A stretch of 64,000 nucleotides of DNA from Octopus sinensis. Taxonomy: Eukaryota. Below the pieces are notes generated by a model that ran no database searches, was not told where the DNA came from, and saw only the letters and a program-made list of their open reading frames with translations. Position 1 is the stretch's first letter. Each line of letters starts with the position of its first letter. Shown piece after piece: positions 11,771 to 24,435 of the stretch. A program made the position numbers and the translations under genes. The DNA is taken from assembly GCF_006345805.1 (NCBI RefSeq), contig NC_042998.1, positions 34,658,001 to 34,722,000 of the forward strand. Reading direction: 5' to 3'.

Positions 11771-13446
11771 GTTTACAACATAAAAATCTAAAACTATCTT
11801 GGGTTTCTTTTTCAATTTTTTTAAAGGTATAAAAAAGGTGAAAAAATCCATGCTAAAATTAGGAAGTGTCCAAAATTGTATTGGTTTCAATTATTTTGCC
11901 AATTCTTTTTTTAAATAACAAATCTTAGAAACCCAAATAAGTGTTGTTGTTGAGAAGAATATCAAATTGCTTATTCTGGTTGTTGGCTTTATTTTCTACG
12001 CTAAGCTGTATATCGTCTTCAAAAATTATGTGGATTTCATCCAAGTACTGTAAGAACGTGCTAAAATATATGCAGAAATGTATTAATACCAATATGATGA
12101 GGAACGTCAACTCCCTGGATTTATTGCTACAAACTTTATTGTAAATCAAAGTCGCCTACTTTCCGTAGGCACATGCTGAGTTAGTGCTTTTCTGTTTAGT
12201 TTTGTTTTTCATTTATTTCTCTGAACCTTGTGTGTTTTCCTTAAGTTTTTTCATTGTAAGAAAAATATCCTGTTTCAATAAATATGTTTCCATAATTTAT
12301 AAGTAGTTCATAGCCATTGACCAAGATCTTGATACCACACAGTGTCTGAAATATATTTGTCACAAACGTGAAATGAAGAAAAATTAAAATATATATGTAT
12401 ATATATTTAACATTTTAAGTGGATAGTTACTGTCAATTTCTTGAATCCCATTTTTAATGTCATTTCTACGGAATTTTCTGAATCATTTATTGAATTTGTC
12501 CTTTAAAAGGTTTGAATTAATTTAAATACCTCTGATGACAAGTGACTAATGAGTCTGGCAAAATAGTATTTATTCTGACTAAACAGACAATATTCACTTC
12601 CATCTTTGGATTGCTGGTAATGTTTCAACAACTGCATTAGTTAAAGGCGTATTCACTTCCACTGGTGCTTTAGTTATATAAGCTTCTTAAAATACACTCA
12701 GTGACCAGTTTTCTGGGGACATCTAGTGCTCAGTAAACTGGGCACCTAATGTATTTGAATTTAAATGTTGACAATATTTGTATTGCTTTCTCCGACGGGA
12801 TGTTCCATTAAATTTTTGATGATATACTGGATAAGCAATCAAAATAATAATGCTATGACCAGATCAAGTAAGTTGCAAAGAAAAAAAAAAATTCATGATA
12901 ATAAAAATAACCAAAATTCCTTTCAGACATTTGTTCCATTATGACAAATCATAATGGAGCAAATCGTCAAATGCAAACTATTTAAATTTGAAATTCTGCA
13001 CCATTTGCTAAATTGCTTAAAGAATATATTCATTTGTGGCATTAGCAAACATTGGAGAATGATGGTAACAAAACTTTGTAAATATAAAGAAAATAATCTA
13101 ATGGAAATGAACTATTTTATTTTTAATTTGTAAGTTTTAAAATATTAATATACAAATGGAGATTATACTAATTATGACATTTTATTATAATAAATAATCT
13201 AAATTAGCTTCCAGAAAAAGTATTTCATTCTTTGTATCTAAATATTTAATTTGTTTTGCACATAAACCACTGCTGAAGACAAACTACATGGTTTTTGATT
13301 GAAAGCCATATTTTAGCGCTGTATCAATTTATCAATTGTCATATTCTAATGCATAGTTATATGATTTAAAAAAAAAAGGTAAAGGAAAGAAAATCTCACA
13401 ATGTTGCTCCATGTAAAATAATGGAGTCTCATCATTAATGTTAATT

Positions 13447-13670
13447 AAGGCAGTGAGCAGGTAGAATGGTTAGCATGCCGTGCGAAATGCTTAGCAGCAT
13501 TTTGTCCATCTTTGCATTCTGAGTTCAAGTTCTGTCGAGGTTGACTTTGTTTTTCATTTTTTCAGGGTCAATAAAATAAGTACCAGTTATGCACTGAGGT
13601 TGATGCAACTCACTTAACCTCTCCCAGAAAAAAAAAAAGATTTCTGGCGTTGAGCCAAAAAGTTGAAATC
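13447..13670 (+). mobile_element. SINE family B
   Basis: Consensus match. Confidence 0.75.
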
Positions 13671-15535
13671 AATATTAATTAGTTTAGGGAAATGTTAATT
13701 GTATTAATATGAGCTAATTAGAATTTAGGGTAAGAATATGCATTTTGAATTTTGAACAAAAAAAAAAGTGGAAGTTCCTTAAAAGTAGAAAGAATTCAGA
13801 TTGTGAAGAATGTTTATTTTAATAAAATTTAAAGTCTAAGTTGGAATTTTTATTTAGTTTTTAAATAATATTGTACGAGAAATAAACTGCCAGTATTTTT
13901 TATTAATTTGTCCAAAACAAAATATAAAAAAATAGAATTGCTTTTTAAGAAATCTTCAAATTACGATGATCAAAAATGGATCATCAAAGCTTGCTTATCA
14001 AAGATAATGAAATGTTTCTGGAATTAATTGAAGTTGTAAAAAATATTAACTTTTTATCAATAAATGAAAATGTGTCAGTCATGGAATGGACCTTCATTTC
14101 TTTAGTTTCTTTATCCAATCTCTAAAATAAATATTTATCTTAATATTTTTATATTGCACTGCAAGGCTATCAGTAACATTTTCAGTGGCTAGACTGTCTG
14201 TCACCCTCTATAAAAATATCAACTGAATTGTTCTCTTAAAAATCAGTCATGAAACTTTATTTTATTTTATTGATTTTTTTTTCCATTTTCATTGGCATTT
14301 CCAAGCTTTTACACTGGAAAAGGTGGGGACAGTTACTGCCGTAGTTGGTTCTCTAAAAACATTGGCTTTGGTATTAAAATGTCTTAAGTTTTCTGTCATT
14401 ATCACATTGTATTTTCATATTTCAGTTTAACATAGTTGTAATATACAAAGCATGAAATTTCTTATTCCATTTCCAAAACTTAAAAGAGAGATTTTTTTGG
14501 TTATTATTTTTTTTTTTTTTTTAGCAATTAAGACTAGAAAATAACTTCAATAAAAATTCATAAGCTTCCTTGACTTGATTTAAATTTTTATTATTTCATT
14601 TTATTCTTTCCTTTCTTAAAACATTTCATTAATAAACACAAACTTGTTACCAGCTCAAATCTGCCTCAGGCATATTTGAACCCGGAACAAAGTCATTCAC
14701 TATAATTCGTCATGTAGAAAATTTCTCTCACTGTAGACAAATTGGTGTAAACACACTGAACTTATTTGATGTATTTACACCTATTTGTCCAGAGTGAGAA
14801 ATTTTCCCCATGACAAAACACAGTGAATGGCTTCCTTACAGCTTCAAATATGTCTCAAGCAGGTTTAAATTAACAAGTTTGTTTCTATACGCATCACTGC
14901 ATGGCACTCTCATCCTATATTTCATTAATAATTTTGCATTTATATAAATTAAATGACATACCACATAGAACCTCCCAATGCTTACAGTGACATACTATAT
15001 ATATGTATGTATGTATATATATGTATGCATATATATGTGTGTGTATATATATGTGTGTATATGTATACATATATATATATATACATATATATATGTATGT
15101 GTATCATGAAATGTTATCGTCTTTAGTATTGAAGTACCGAAAGAAAGAATAGTTTTACTGTAAGATTAAAACAAACTATGGAGACTTTCACATCCGTCAC
15201 AGTTTGGTTTCTTATTCAAAGAGTCTGAAGTGAATGGAAATGGTAATCCTTTTTGCACATTTGTTGGTGTTTTTGTTTTGGAATAATTTCGAAAAGATGA
15301 GTTGAGATATTTTTTCATGTCATCGTTTGTTGATTTTAGCTCAAGAATTTATTTCATGTGGTCTATATACATATATGTGTATATGTCTGCATGTTTGGAG
15401 ATATATGTGTGTGTGTATGTATATATACATATATAAATATACACAAGAATATATACACACACACATATTTATACATATATATATGTGTGTATACATATAT
15501 ATATTTACACATGTAGGCACAGGAATGGCTGATAG

Positions 15536-15920
15536 GTGCAGGAGTGGCTGTGTGGTAAGTAGCTTGCTTACCAACCACATGGTTCTGGGTTCAGTCCCAC
15601 TGTGTGGCACCTTCAGCAAGTGTCTTCTACTATAACCTACGGCTGAGCAAAGCCTTGTGAGTGGATTTGGTAGATGGAAACTGGAAGAAGCCCATTGTAT
15701 GTATATATATGTGTGTGTGTCTGTGTTTGTCCATCCCACCATTGCTCCTCAACTGATGCTGATGTGTTTACGTTTATGTCCTTGTAACTTAGCAGTTCAG
15801 CAAAAGTGACCAGTAGAATAAGTACTAGGCTTACAAAGAATAAGTGCTGGGGTCGATTTGTTCAACTAAAGGCAGTGCTCCAGCATGGCCGCAGTCAAAT
15901 GACAAACAAGAAAAATAAAA
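15536..15920 (+). mobile_element. SINE family A
   Basis: Same consensus as 8599-8990. Confidence 0.85.
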
Positions 15921-16890
15921 GCATGTATATATATATATATACATATATCTTTTAAATTCATTAATGGTAACATTAAGTGTCTGCAAATAAACTTCCCTTT
16001 TCATTACGCTGGCCACCATCTAATGATACTGACCAGTGAGTCAAGTTTTCAGGGTTACATCATGGCTGTACCAATTTAATGTAGGATAAATATAATATCA
16101 ATGATCCTAGATGGGAATTTATAAATATTTAGTATATCGCTACGCGCATTTCCACAAACTACATGATTTTAACATCAGAGTTCATATTCTTGGGATTAGT
16201 ACAGTATAATCTGTATTATCCATGGCCATCCAGTTGATCATCATCGTGGATTCCCTTCATTAGGCAATACTGCATCATTGGATGAATTGCAGAAGGGGTT
16301 TATTCCATGGTTTACAATTGTTTCGACATATGGTTGACATATCAGACATTATGTATAAAGACATGGATGAAAGCAGCAATATGGTCACAGACGTGTCCAT
16401 TATGTAATATATATTATATAAAAATTTTAACAATCATAACTCATAAAATATAATACATATGTGTGTATATATATATATATATGTATGCTTGCATCCATCT
16501 GTATATAAATATATGTATGTGTGCGTGTATATATGTATTTTTTCATATTTATGTGTATATAAATGTGCATATATATATCTATGTATGTGTATATCATATT
16601 TGTAATTGTTTCTTAGCCTGAGATTAATTAAAGCTAAAACAATTATATCATGTTACATTAACTTCCATTCATTTCATAAGAGCAATTCTACAGAATTTCA
16701 GTGAATCAATGAAGTTGTTGTCACTTCATACTATTGGCAATGATCTAATGTATAGAAACAAACACAAAGAGAGTGTCACCTTTGTTTGTTTAACTAACAC
16801 AACCATGGTACAATGTGATTATATAAACACGTGTGTTTATATATTGTAGATTACATTGTCATACGTTTATGTGATACATATATTAGCAAA

Positions 16891-16945
<55 letters not shown>

Positions 16946-17663
16946 TGTATGTATGAATCTGTGAGTTTTTAAATATATATTCCATTATACACATGTATGT
17001 GGACTTACATGTAAAAGAAAAAAGTTTTACGTATAATTTTGTATTAAATAGGTCAATAAGTTTTAGGAAAGCTGTTTGGTTTTTTTCTCTTATTTTGAAA
17101 GCAGCAAAATATATTTACCGAAACAAGTGCACACACAATGCCACACACACACACACACACACACAGTAACAGGTATTCACGTATGTGCTTCCATATTATT
17201 AACATCTAACCGAAATGTTATGTAGTTGAGAAACTACATTGTTTCTTGTTGTAAGAAAATATATTAAGAAGACCAATATATTCGTAGCTAGCAGCTAGAT
17301 GTTCGAATTCTATCTCCTGGTGATATTACAGAAAGAGATGTTAATTCGGTTGCAGTATTTTTGAAACCAACACTTGATCTCTTGAAAATATAAAACAAAG
17401 AAAAGCTTTCAAGTTGTAACATTATATATAACCTTCTTCAGAATGGTGTAGTAGTTAGCGTTGGATAGTCATTCTGTTGCTGTTTCTAACCATAATCAAA
17501 TTTGACTTGACTCTCAGACATGTTACCCTCTCATGGAAACGGTAAGGTAGGAGGCTTCTTCGTTTTAATTATGGTTAATGTTTTTATTGCATGAGCGAGA
17601 TTAACGTTCCAAATTTCTGCAAGTTGACTTCGATGGTGTCAATGTAATTTTAGTCAAATCTAA

Positions 17664-17870
17664 AGGCACCAAGCTGGCAGAACCATTAGCATGCCAAGAA
17701 AAATGCTTAGCAACATTTTGCTTGTTTGAATGTCTTGAGTTCAAATTCTGCTGAAGTCAACTTAGCCATTCGTCTTTTCAGGATCGATAAAATAAGTACC
17801 AGTTGAGCACTGGGGTCAAGTGTAATCAACATATCCCTACCACGTAATTGCCAAAATTTGAAACTAATAT
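17664..17870 (+). mobile_element. SINE family B (diverged)
   Basis: Consensus match; directly abuts hammerhead locus 1. Confidence 0.7.
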
Positions 17871-17923
17871 GATTTTACATTATTTACATTTGACGGATAT
17901 TTGTCCTGACCTTGTTTGTTGTT

Positions 17924-17969
17924 AATACAATGTTTCGGCTGATATACCTTCCGGCCTTCATCAGGTGTC
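17924..17969 (-). ncRNA. Degenerate hammerhead motif (same family)
   Basis: Minus strand reads GACAC-CTGATGA-A-GGCCG...CAGCC-GAAAC-ATT-GTATT; mismatches in stems II and III. Confidence 0.55.
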
Positions 17970-18197
17970 TTGGGGGAAATTTTGGACTTGGGTTCTCATT
18001 CCTAAGTTATTTTTCGATATTATTATTATTATTATTGTTATTCAGGTCACTGCCTGGAATTGAACTCGGACATGTTGTAGTGGTTAAGAGTGCAAGCTAC
18101 TAACCCCAAGATTCCGAGTTCGATTCCAGGCAGTGACCTGAATAATGATATCGAAAAATATGTTAGGAATGAGAACCCAGGTTCAAACTTTCCCCAA

Positions 18198-18243
18198 GAT
18201 ACCTGATGAAGGCTGGAGGGTATATCAGCCGAAACGTTGTGTT
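18198..18243 (+). ncRNA. Minimal type-I hammerhead ribozyme motif with intact core
   Basis: GATAC-CTGATGA-A-GGCTG-(gagggtatat)-CAGCC-GAAAC-GTT-GTGTT. Stem I GAUAC/GUGUU (two G-U wobbles), stem II GGCUG/CAGCC, palindromic ACGU stem III, predicted cleavage after GUU (18238). Confidence 0.75.
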
Positions 18244-21200
18244 AACAACAAATAAGATCAGGACAAATATCGGTCAAATGTAAATAATGTTCTAAATGTC
18301 TGATTTCATGTATATAAGGAATAACTAGATAGATATTTTTTTGCAAACCATATTCTTTGATATGTCCTGGTATGATCATATTTTTAAATACTATATGCAG
18401 CAGTGATTTGGTTGTTTAGCTGAAATTTGTACAACATTGAAATATATATTGATAAAGACATATTTGAAGTAGAAATACCCCAGTATTTGTGTTTCCATAA
18501 ATTTCAAGGACTCAGTAGCAAAGTGTATGCTTTAATTTCTGTATCATGAAGTAAAATAAGACATTCCATAAAGCATGACACTAGTCTGTTACGTAACTTG
18601 CCGAGTAAAACTTTGTTCTTATCATAAAGGGACTGAAACAGTGAGAATTAAGCTCTATCAGTTATGTAAGAATCAAGTTCTTAACCGTTTAGCATTCAGA
18701 TTACTCGGCCAAATGCAATACTTATTTATTATCATTGTTTTGAATGAATTATGCATCATCTTGTAGCTTCAAGACTTTAAAGATATGATTGTTTGTTTTT
18801 AGAATGACATTGTAGAGTAGGTGTGAGAGACTGCACCTGGCTGGTTTGAAAATGAAACTAGAATATTAGGGCCTGATATGGCCTGTTTAAGTGTCAAAAG
18901 GTTTACAGTTTGGGAAAAGATTTGTGTCACAAAATTCCTTGTTCTAAAAGTGTGAAAAAAAAATCATGTCTGGATTCTGGATCCCATATTTGCATCTGGA
19001 GTTTCCTGGCTCAATATGGCACATTTAATTCATGACGATGGCTCATAGAATATTAGGAAATCAGAATTATTATATGTTTACAATTAACTATTAATTACTG
19101 GACGTCGTTCGGCAAACTGCTTCTTATAACAGTTTCACTTTGCTTGCACGATTAATGTTGTGGCATCACTAATGAGTATTTTATTATCCACTCTCATAAA
19201 TCTGAGGTTGAGCCTGTATTGCAAATCTCTGTTTTAACGTATATGACAAACTACACAGTAAGTTGGCTAACCATCCGCTGAGCTGAGTCTATAAGCTTTC
19301 TTTGATTTCAAAGCTGAAAACCACTTCACTTTAACTGCCAATGCATTTCACCAAATTTATGGCTTGCTGCCCTATGCAATAAATCAATATTGATTATTGG
19401 TTGATACCTTTAAATTTGCTTTCATCCAAATTTGCATCACTTATAAACTGGAAGAAATTTAAGCATGTCTTAATAAAAGCTGAATAAATTTCTTACATCT
19501 GTTCTGAGATGATATTGTATCTCACTACAAGTAGGGCAGCGCTATTACCCAAATAGTAATGCACGAGAGTGTATAGCTTTGATATTCCAGCTTCCATTGC
19601 TGCGTAATTTATCTTTTAGTCATCAAAAGTTTATCAACTTTTTTAATACACTGAGCTTGATTCAATTAACAATATCCTTCCTCCATAAAAATTGGATTTG
19701 TGCCTGTATAAGAAATCAGAGTTTGGCAACATTAGACGGGTTAAATACATTTGTAAAACCATCTCAACTTATAGAAATACCCCCCACCCCACCCTTCAGT
19801 ATGGAAAAGAAACTGATCACAGCCTATCTAGTAGTATCAGGTCAACAGTTCAAATCCAGCTTATATGCCGTATTCAGTGCACAAGTAAGGTAAAATATTC
19901 TTTTATTGTGAATCAGTTAAAGAAGAGAAGTGACTTTAGACATTTGCATCCCTTCCAAACCCACAGATCAATATAATTTGATTAAGGTTAATGCAACTGA
20001 TTTACTTCATTCAGAGGTGAAGAGAAACGGTTATAGATCAGTTATGAAGAAAACTATTGGTTCCATAGCAGTCCTTTTCAAACAGATGTAGAACTTAGTA
20101 CAGAGTGGATGAGATTAATTTACCAAAGTAGAGTGGGAAAAAATGCAGGTATAATTCTTTCTTGTGGTTTAATATTTGAATGATGAATATCAACAGCATG
20201 ACCTCAGCTCAAGGCTGGAACTAGTTAGGAAGTATGGCCACAGCTCGTGAGCTGAAACTAGATAAAATAAAAATAAACAATTCTTCCTGGTTTTTGTAGA
20301 AGAATCTAAAGAATTATCCATTTTAGTTTGAGTGAGGATAAAAGAAAAGCAAGAACAAATCGTAAGTCGTTAGTGAGAGGCAAGATAGTAGTAGTGTCTT
20401 TCATATTTCAAGCTAAAGCTCTTCTTCATAAAGTTAGATGGAAAAGGAAAGCTTCTTGTGGTTGCTACCATGTTTCCTATCTCTGGAAATCAAGAAACTG
20501 TGGATTATGGTGGAGGCAGCTCTCAGCTTTTACAAAATAGTCTCTATAACATAACGTCTGTTGTGAATCCAAACATACACACACAATGTACATGTATATA
20601 TATATATGCACGTTTATAACAATATATTTGTGTATATAAATAGGTATATATATATATATATATATATACATATGTATATATACATATGTATATATGTACA
20701 TATGTATATACATGCTATGTATATGTGTGTATATATATACACACATATGCACAAACTTACATGCATATATCTATCTATCTATATATATGCACATACACAT
20801 TTATGCACACACACATATCAAGTTAAATACACAACCAAAAGAGCTGCTAATAGTTTCATGCTTTTATGATACTTGAGCAGGCATATTTATAAAATATGCC
20901 ATGTATCTTAAAGCAATCTTTCAGGCTCTGCTTAAGTAATGATCATTCCTCTTTTCAAATGCCAGCTCATTGAATTCTAATAAAACCAGTTTTCCCCAGA
21001 CAGGAGCATTGTGAGGCAGCGTGTGTGTGTGTATGTGTAAGAGACAAGGCTGGCTATTTACATTACAAATACAGGCCATAGAGAAGATCTGTTACTGCTT
21101 GCATCCACCCAGTTTCACTCACCAATTTTTAGGTGAAATACCATCTTGACCAAGATGCTGGATTATGTGATCAGATTCAGAACTTTATAATTGCAAAGCA

Positions 21201-21859
21201 GGGATCAAACTTGTTCACTTTGAAATATTATCCACAATTTTGTCTCCTTTCATTGTTCTCTTCCTCTTCATACTCTTTTTTATGAAATCACCTGCCGATA
21301 ATATTCAATGAAATAATTATTATCCTGGGCAAGGATTTGTGTTAGCAGCTGTGATTGTATTTGATATAGAATATCTTAAATATTAATGACTAATGTTTAG
21401 AAGCATTCTATTTAAAACTTGTTTACTCCAAAGCTTCCTCCTTCGCTTTCATTTTCTCCAAGCTGCTTCTGTTTATGTTTTACAATTTTTCCAGTTCAGC
21501 CAATCTTCCAAGGATAATCTATTGTTTACCATTGTCTAAAGTTACCTTTAGTTTCAGCAAATATTGTTTACGAAACACAGACTCAAATAAAATCTAAGAC
21601 AGATAAATAGAAATGGCTTTGAATTTAGACACTTTTCAAAGTATCATAATATGATACAGTTATAGCTTATAGATATAAGGCTTCGAATATATACTCAAGG
21701 CCATGCATTGAGTCCTCTTTCTCTACTTTTGTATGCTCTTGCACATATATGTGTGTGTGAGAGGGAGTATGTGTGTATATATATCTTTGGCCTTGAATGT
21801 ATGTAAGAAATATATAAACTACACAAATCATTTGTTAATTATTATTATTGTTACAGTGT

Positions 21860-22040
21860 AGACAAAACACCTAGCAATGTTTATTGGTCGACTTTGCATT
21901 TTGTTATTTTGGGGTTGATAAAGTAAGTCCCATTTGAATCCTGAGGTCAACGTAATTGACTGAATTATTCCCTTAAACTTGCTGGCCTTGTGCCAAAGTT
22001 TGAAATTAACATTATTATAAAATGGCGGTGAGCAGCAGGT
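21860..22040 (-). mobile_element. SINE family B (diverged)
   Basis: Reverse complement match. Confidence 0.55.
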
Positions 22041-22226
22041 CACTACAGGAAAGAAGGCCTTGCGGTGTAGTGTTATGACTCTTTAGAATCCAAGTTCAAA
22101 TCCTGCAATTATTTGATTTCCTCATTTATGCCTCTGCTTTCTATGGGACTATTATCAGTGGCATAGTAGTGTTGATTTGTGCACTTTTTGAAAACATAGA
22201 TATCCATATTTAAACAATAAAGTCAT

Positions 22227-22590
22227 TTATTACTTCTGCCTTAGTGAAGTCGGAGGTATTGTTTTCAGTTGTGTTAGTTTGTCCATGGACGAGATATCTC
22301 AAGAACTGCCAGATGGATTCTGATGAAACTTTTAAGGATGTTTGACCTCGTAACTGGCATGAACTGATTAAATTTTGGGATTGATCCAGTACCAGACAAG
22401 GATTCTGGATTATTTTTCCTCGTTCTTTTACTTAATTTCTGAGAGCGGTCGGGTTCATTTTTAGTATTCTCATTTGTAAGAGCACTTAAGTTTATTTCAG
22501 ATATTCTCATTTTAAAAATCATCTCTGGCTAATCATTGAGAGGACGTTGGTGCTACCTGGGCGGAGGTTTGCTCTCTTTAAGTGCTCTTA
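22227..22590 (+). mobile_element. Helentron-associated (HINE/DINE-1-like) element
   Basis: TTATTACTTCTGCC at the 5' end and GGCGGAGG subterminal inverted repeat, followed by the short 3' hairpin GCTCTCTTTAAGTGC. Confidence 0.55.
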
Positions 22591-22613
22591 TTATTATTAT
22601 TATTATCATTATT

Positions 22614-22815
22614 AAGGCAGCGAGCTGGCAGACTCCTTAGCATGTCAAGTGAAATGCTTAGCAGTATTTCATCTGCCGCTATTTTCTGAGTTCGAATTCT
22701 GTTGAGGTCAACTTTGCCCTTCATCCTTTCAGGGTCGATGAAATAAGTACCAGCTGAGTATTGGGGTCGATATAATCGACTATTCCCCCTCCCTAAAATT
22801 TCAGGCCTTGTGCGT
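22614..22815 (+). mobile_element. SINE family B
   Basis: Consensus match after (TTA)n. Confidence 0.8.
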
Positions 22816-23035
22816 ATAAGGATTATTATTATTATTATTATTTACTTTTAATCTGCATGTATGTTACAATCTCTTGACAAGACACACCCAGCATCCCAGG
22901 GCAAGTGAAGGATAAGGGATGTTGCAGGATGACTGAAAGTTTGGCAAGGGATAGTGGCAGGGGCAGTAGCAAAATATCTTCATGTAATACAAAACATACA
23001 TTTAAATTATTATTATTAATATTCTTATTGTTATT

Positions 23036-23530
23036 AAGCTAGCTGGCAGAATCGTTAGCACACCAGGTGAAATGCTTAGCAGTACTTCGTTTGCTATTAC
23101 ATTCTGAGTTCAAATTCTGCCAAGGTTGACTTTGCCTTTCATCCTTTCAGGGTCGATAAAATTAGTACCAGTTATACACTGGGGTCAATGCAATCGACTT
23201 AATACCTTCCCCCAAATTTGAGACCTTGTGCTTCCAGTAGAAAGGACTGTTATCATTATTATTATTATTATTATTATTATTAATATTCTTCTTCTTATTG
23301 TTATTATCAAAAAGTGGCATAAGATGGTGAGCTGACAGAATCGTTAACATATCAGGCAAAATGCTTAGCAGCAGTTCGTCCATCTTTATGTTCTCAGTTC
23401 AAATTCTACCGAGGTCGACTGTCTTTCATTTTTGTTCAGGGTCTATAAAAGAATCATCAGTTGAGCAGCCAATGTAATAACTAGTCCCCCTCCCCTGGAA
23501 TTGCTGTCCTTGTGCCTAAGTTTGAAATCA
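23036..23530 (+). mobile_element. Two SINE family B copies (23036-23245 and 23320-23530)
   Basis: Consensus matches separated by (TTA)n. Confidence 0.75.
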
Positions 23531-24099
23531 TTATTATTTTAAATTTGTATTAATCTGAAGAAACTTAAATTCATTCCAAATTCTTTATAAATTTCAGTTC
23601 ATTGTTTACAATTGCAGCAAACCTTCAGATTTACCAAAATTTATGCCAAATGCCTATTTCTCATTTTATAGCAACCAACTGCTTTCGTCTACACTTTTTC
23701 TTGAAATTGTACGTTTAAATATTACTTTTATTTTCAATAATCTTAATATATTTTCTGTTTAATTAAAATATATTTCTTATGTGATTTGCCAATACCTTTA
23801 TACTAGATTGAAACCCTAACCTTAAAATCTAAACATTAATTCATTTTGATGGTCAAGGAAGGTCTGTGATGACCACAAGCAAAGTTACTTCCTCCTGACC
23901 AAGCCAATGAAAATAACATACAATAAATAAATAAAACTAATGTTTCTACCATTGCAAAATAATTATAATTAGTATTTTCTATAATTAACATTATCTTAAA
24001 TTACACACGCTTCTGATTCATTAATTAAAATATAATTGTTATAATCTTTTCAAGTTTCCTTCCTTTCTTTGTAAATTCTAATTAATGCATGCATGTGTA

Positions 24100-24435
24100 T
24101 GCATACACATGTACACACACACATATACAAATATACATATATTCATACACACACACACACATACACATACACAAATATACATATATTCATACACACACAC
24201 ACATACACAAATATACATATATTCATACACACACACACATACACAAATATACATATATTCATACACACACACACATACACAAATATACATATATTCATAC
24301 ACACACACACAAATATACATAAATTCATACACACACACACATACACAAATATACTTATATTCATACACACACACACACACACACACACAAATATACATAT
24401 ATTCATACACACACACACATATATATATATATACA
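24100..24435. repeat. Minisatellite of about 32 bp
   Basis: (CA)nTACACAAATATACATATATTCATA units, about 9 copies. Confidence 0.9.

Larger units (their letters stand above)
9525..14640 (+). other. Putative long 3' UTR of the NCS-1-like gene; end undetermined
   Basis: Follows the stop codon; U/A-run rich; few repeat insertions before 13447; candidate AATAAA at 10219, 12277 and 14631. The true polyA site cannot be read from DNA. Confidence 0.45.
17877..18290. mobile_element. tRNA-headed, hammerhead-containing Penelope-like non-autonomous element, locus 1 (inverted pair)
   Basis: A minus copy (about 17877-18070) lies head-to-head with a plus copy (about 18075-18290). The plus copy has box A TAGTGGTTAAG (18078-18088), box B GAGTTCGATTCC (18116-18127), a hammerhead, and the tail ...CAAATGTAAATAATGT. 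Confidence 0.8.

Noticed and set aside
11925-12149. Overlapping antisense ORFs of 67-74 aa
   Set aside because: TTG/ATG starts in AT-rich UTR-like sequence, no domain or splice support.
18075-18140. tRNA gene call for this head and for the other SINE heads
   Set aside because: Box A/B are present but no complete cloverleaf with acceptor stem; these are SINE heads, not tRNA genes.
19080-21700. Mid-complexity non-repetitive stretch with short ORFs (19579, 19692, 20328) and a coiled-coil-like minus-strand peptide near 21430-21520
   Set aside because: No recognisable domain, frequent stops, no convincing splice-site pairs; may be a decayed element but cannot be supported.
22316-22335. CTGATGA motif; also at about 62848
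   Set aside because: No stem II/GAAA partner or stem I pairing; chance match inside other repeats.
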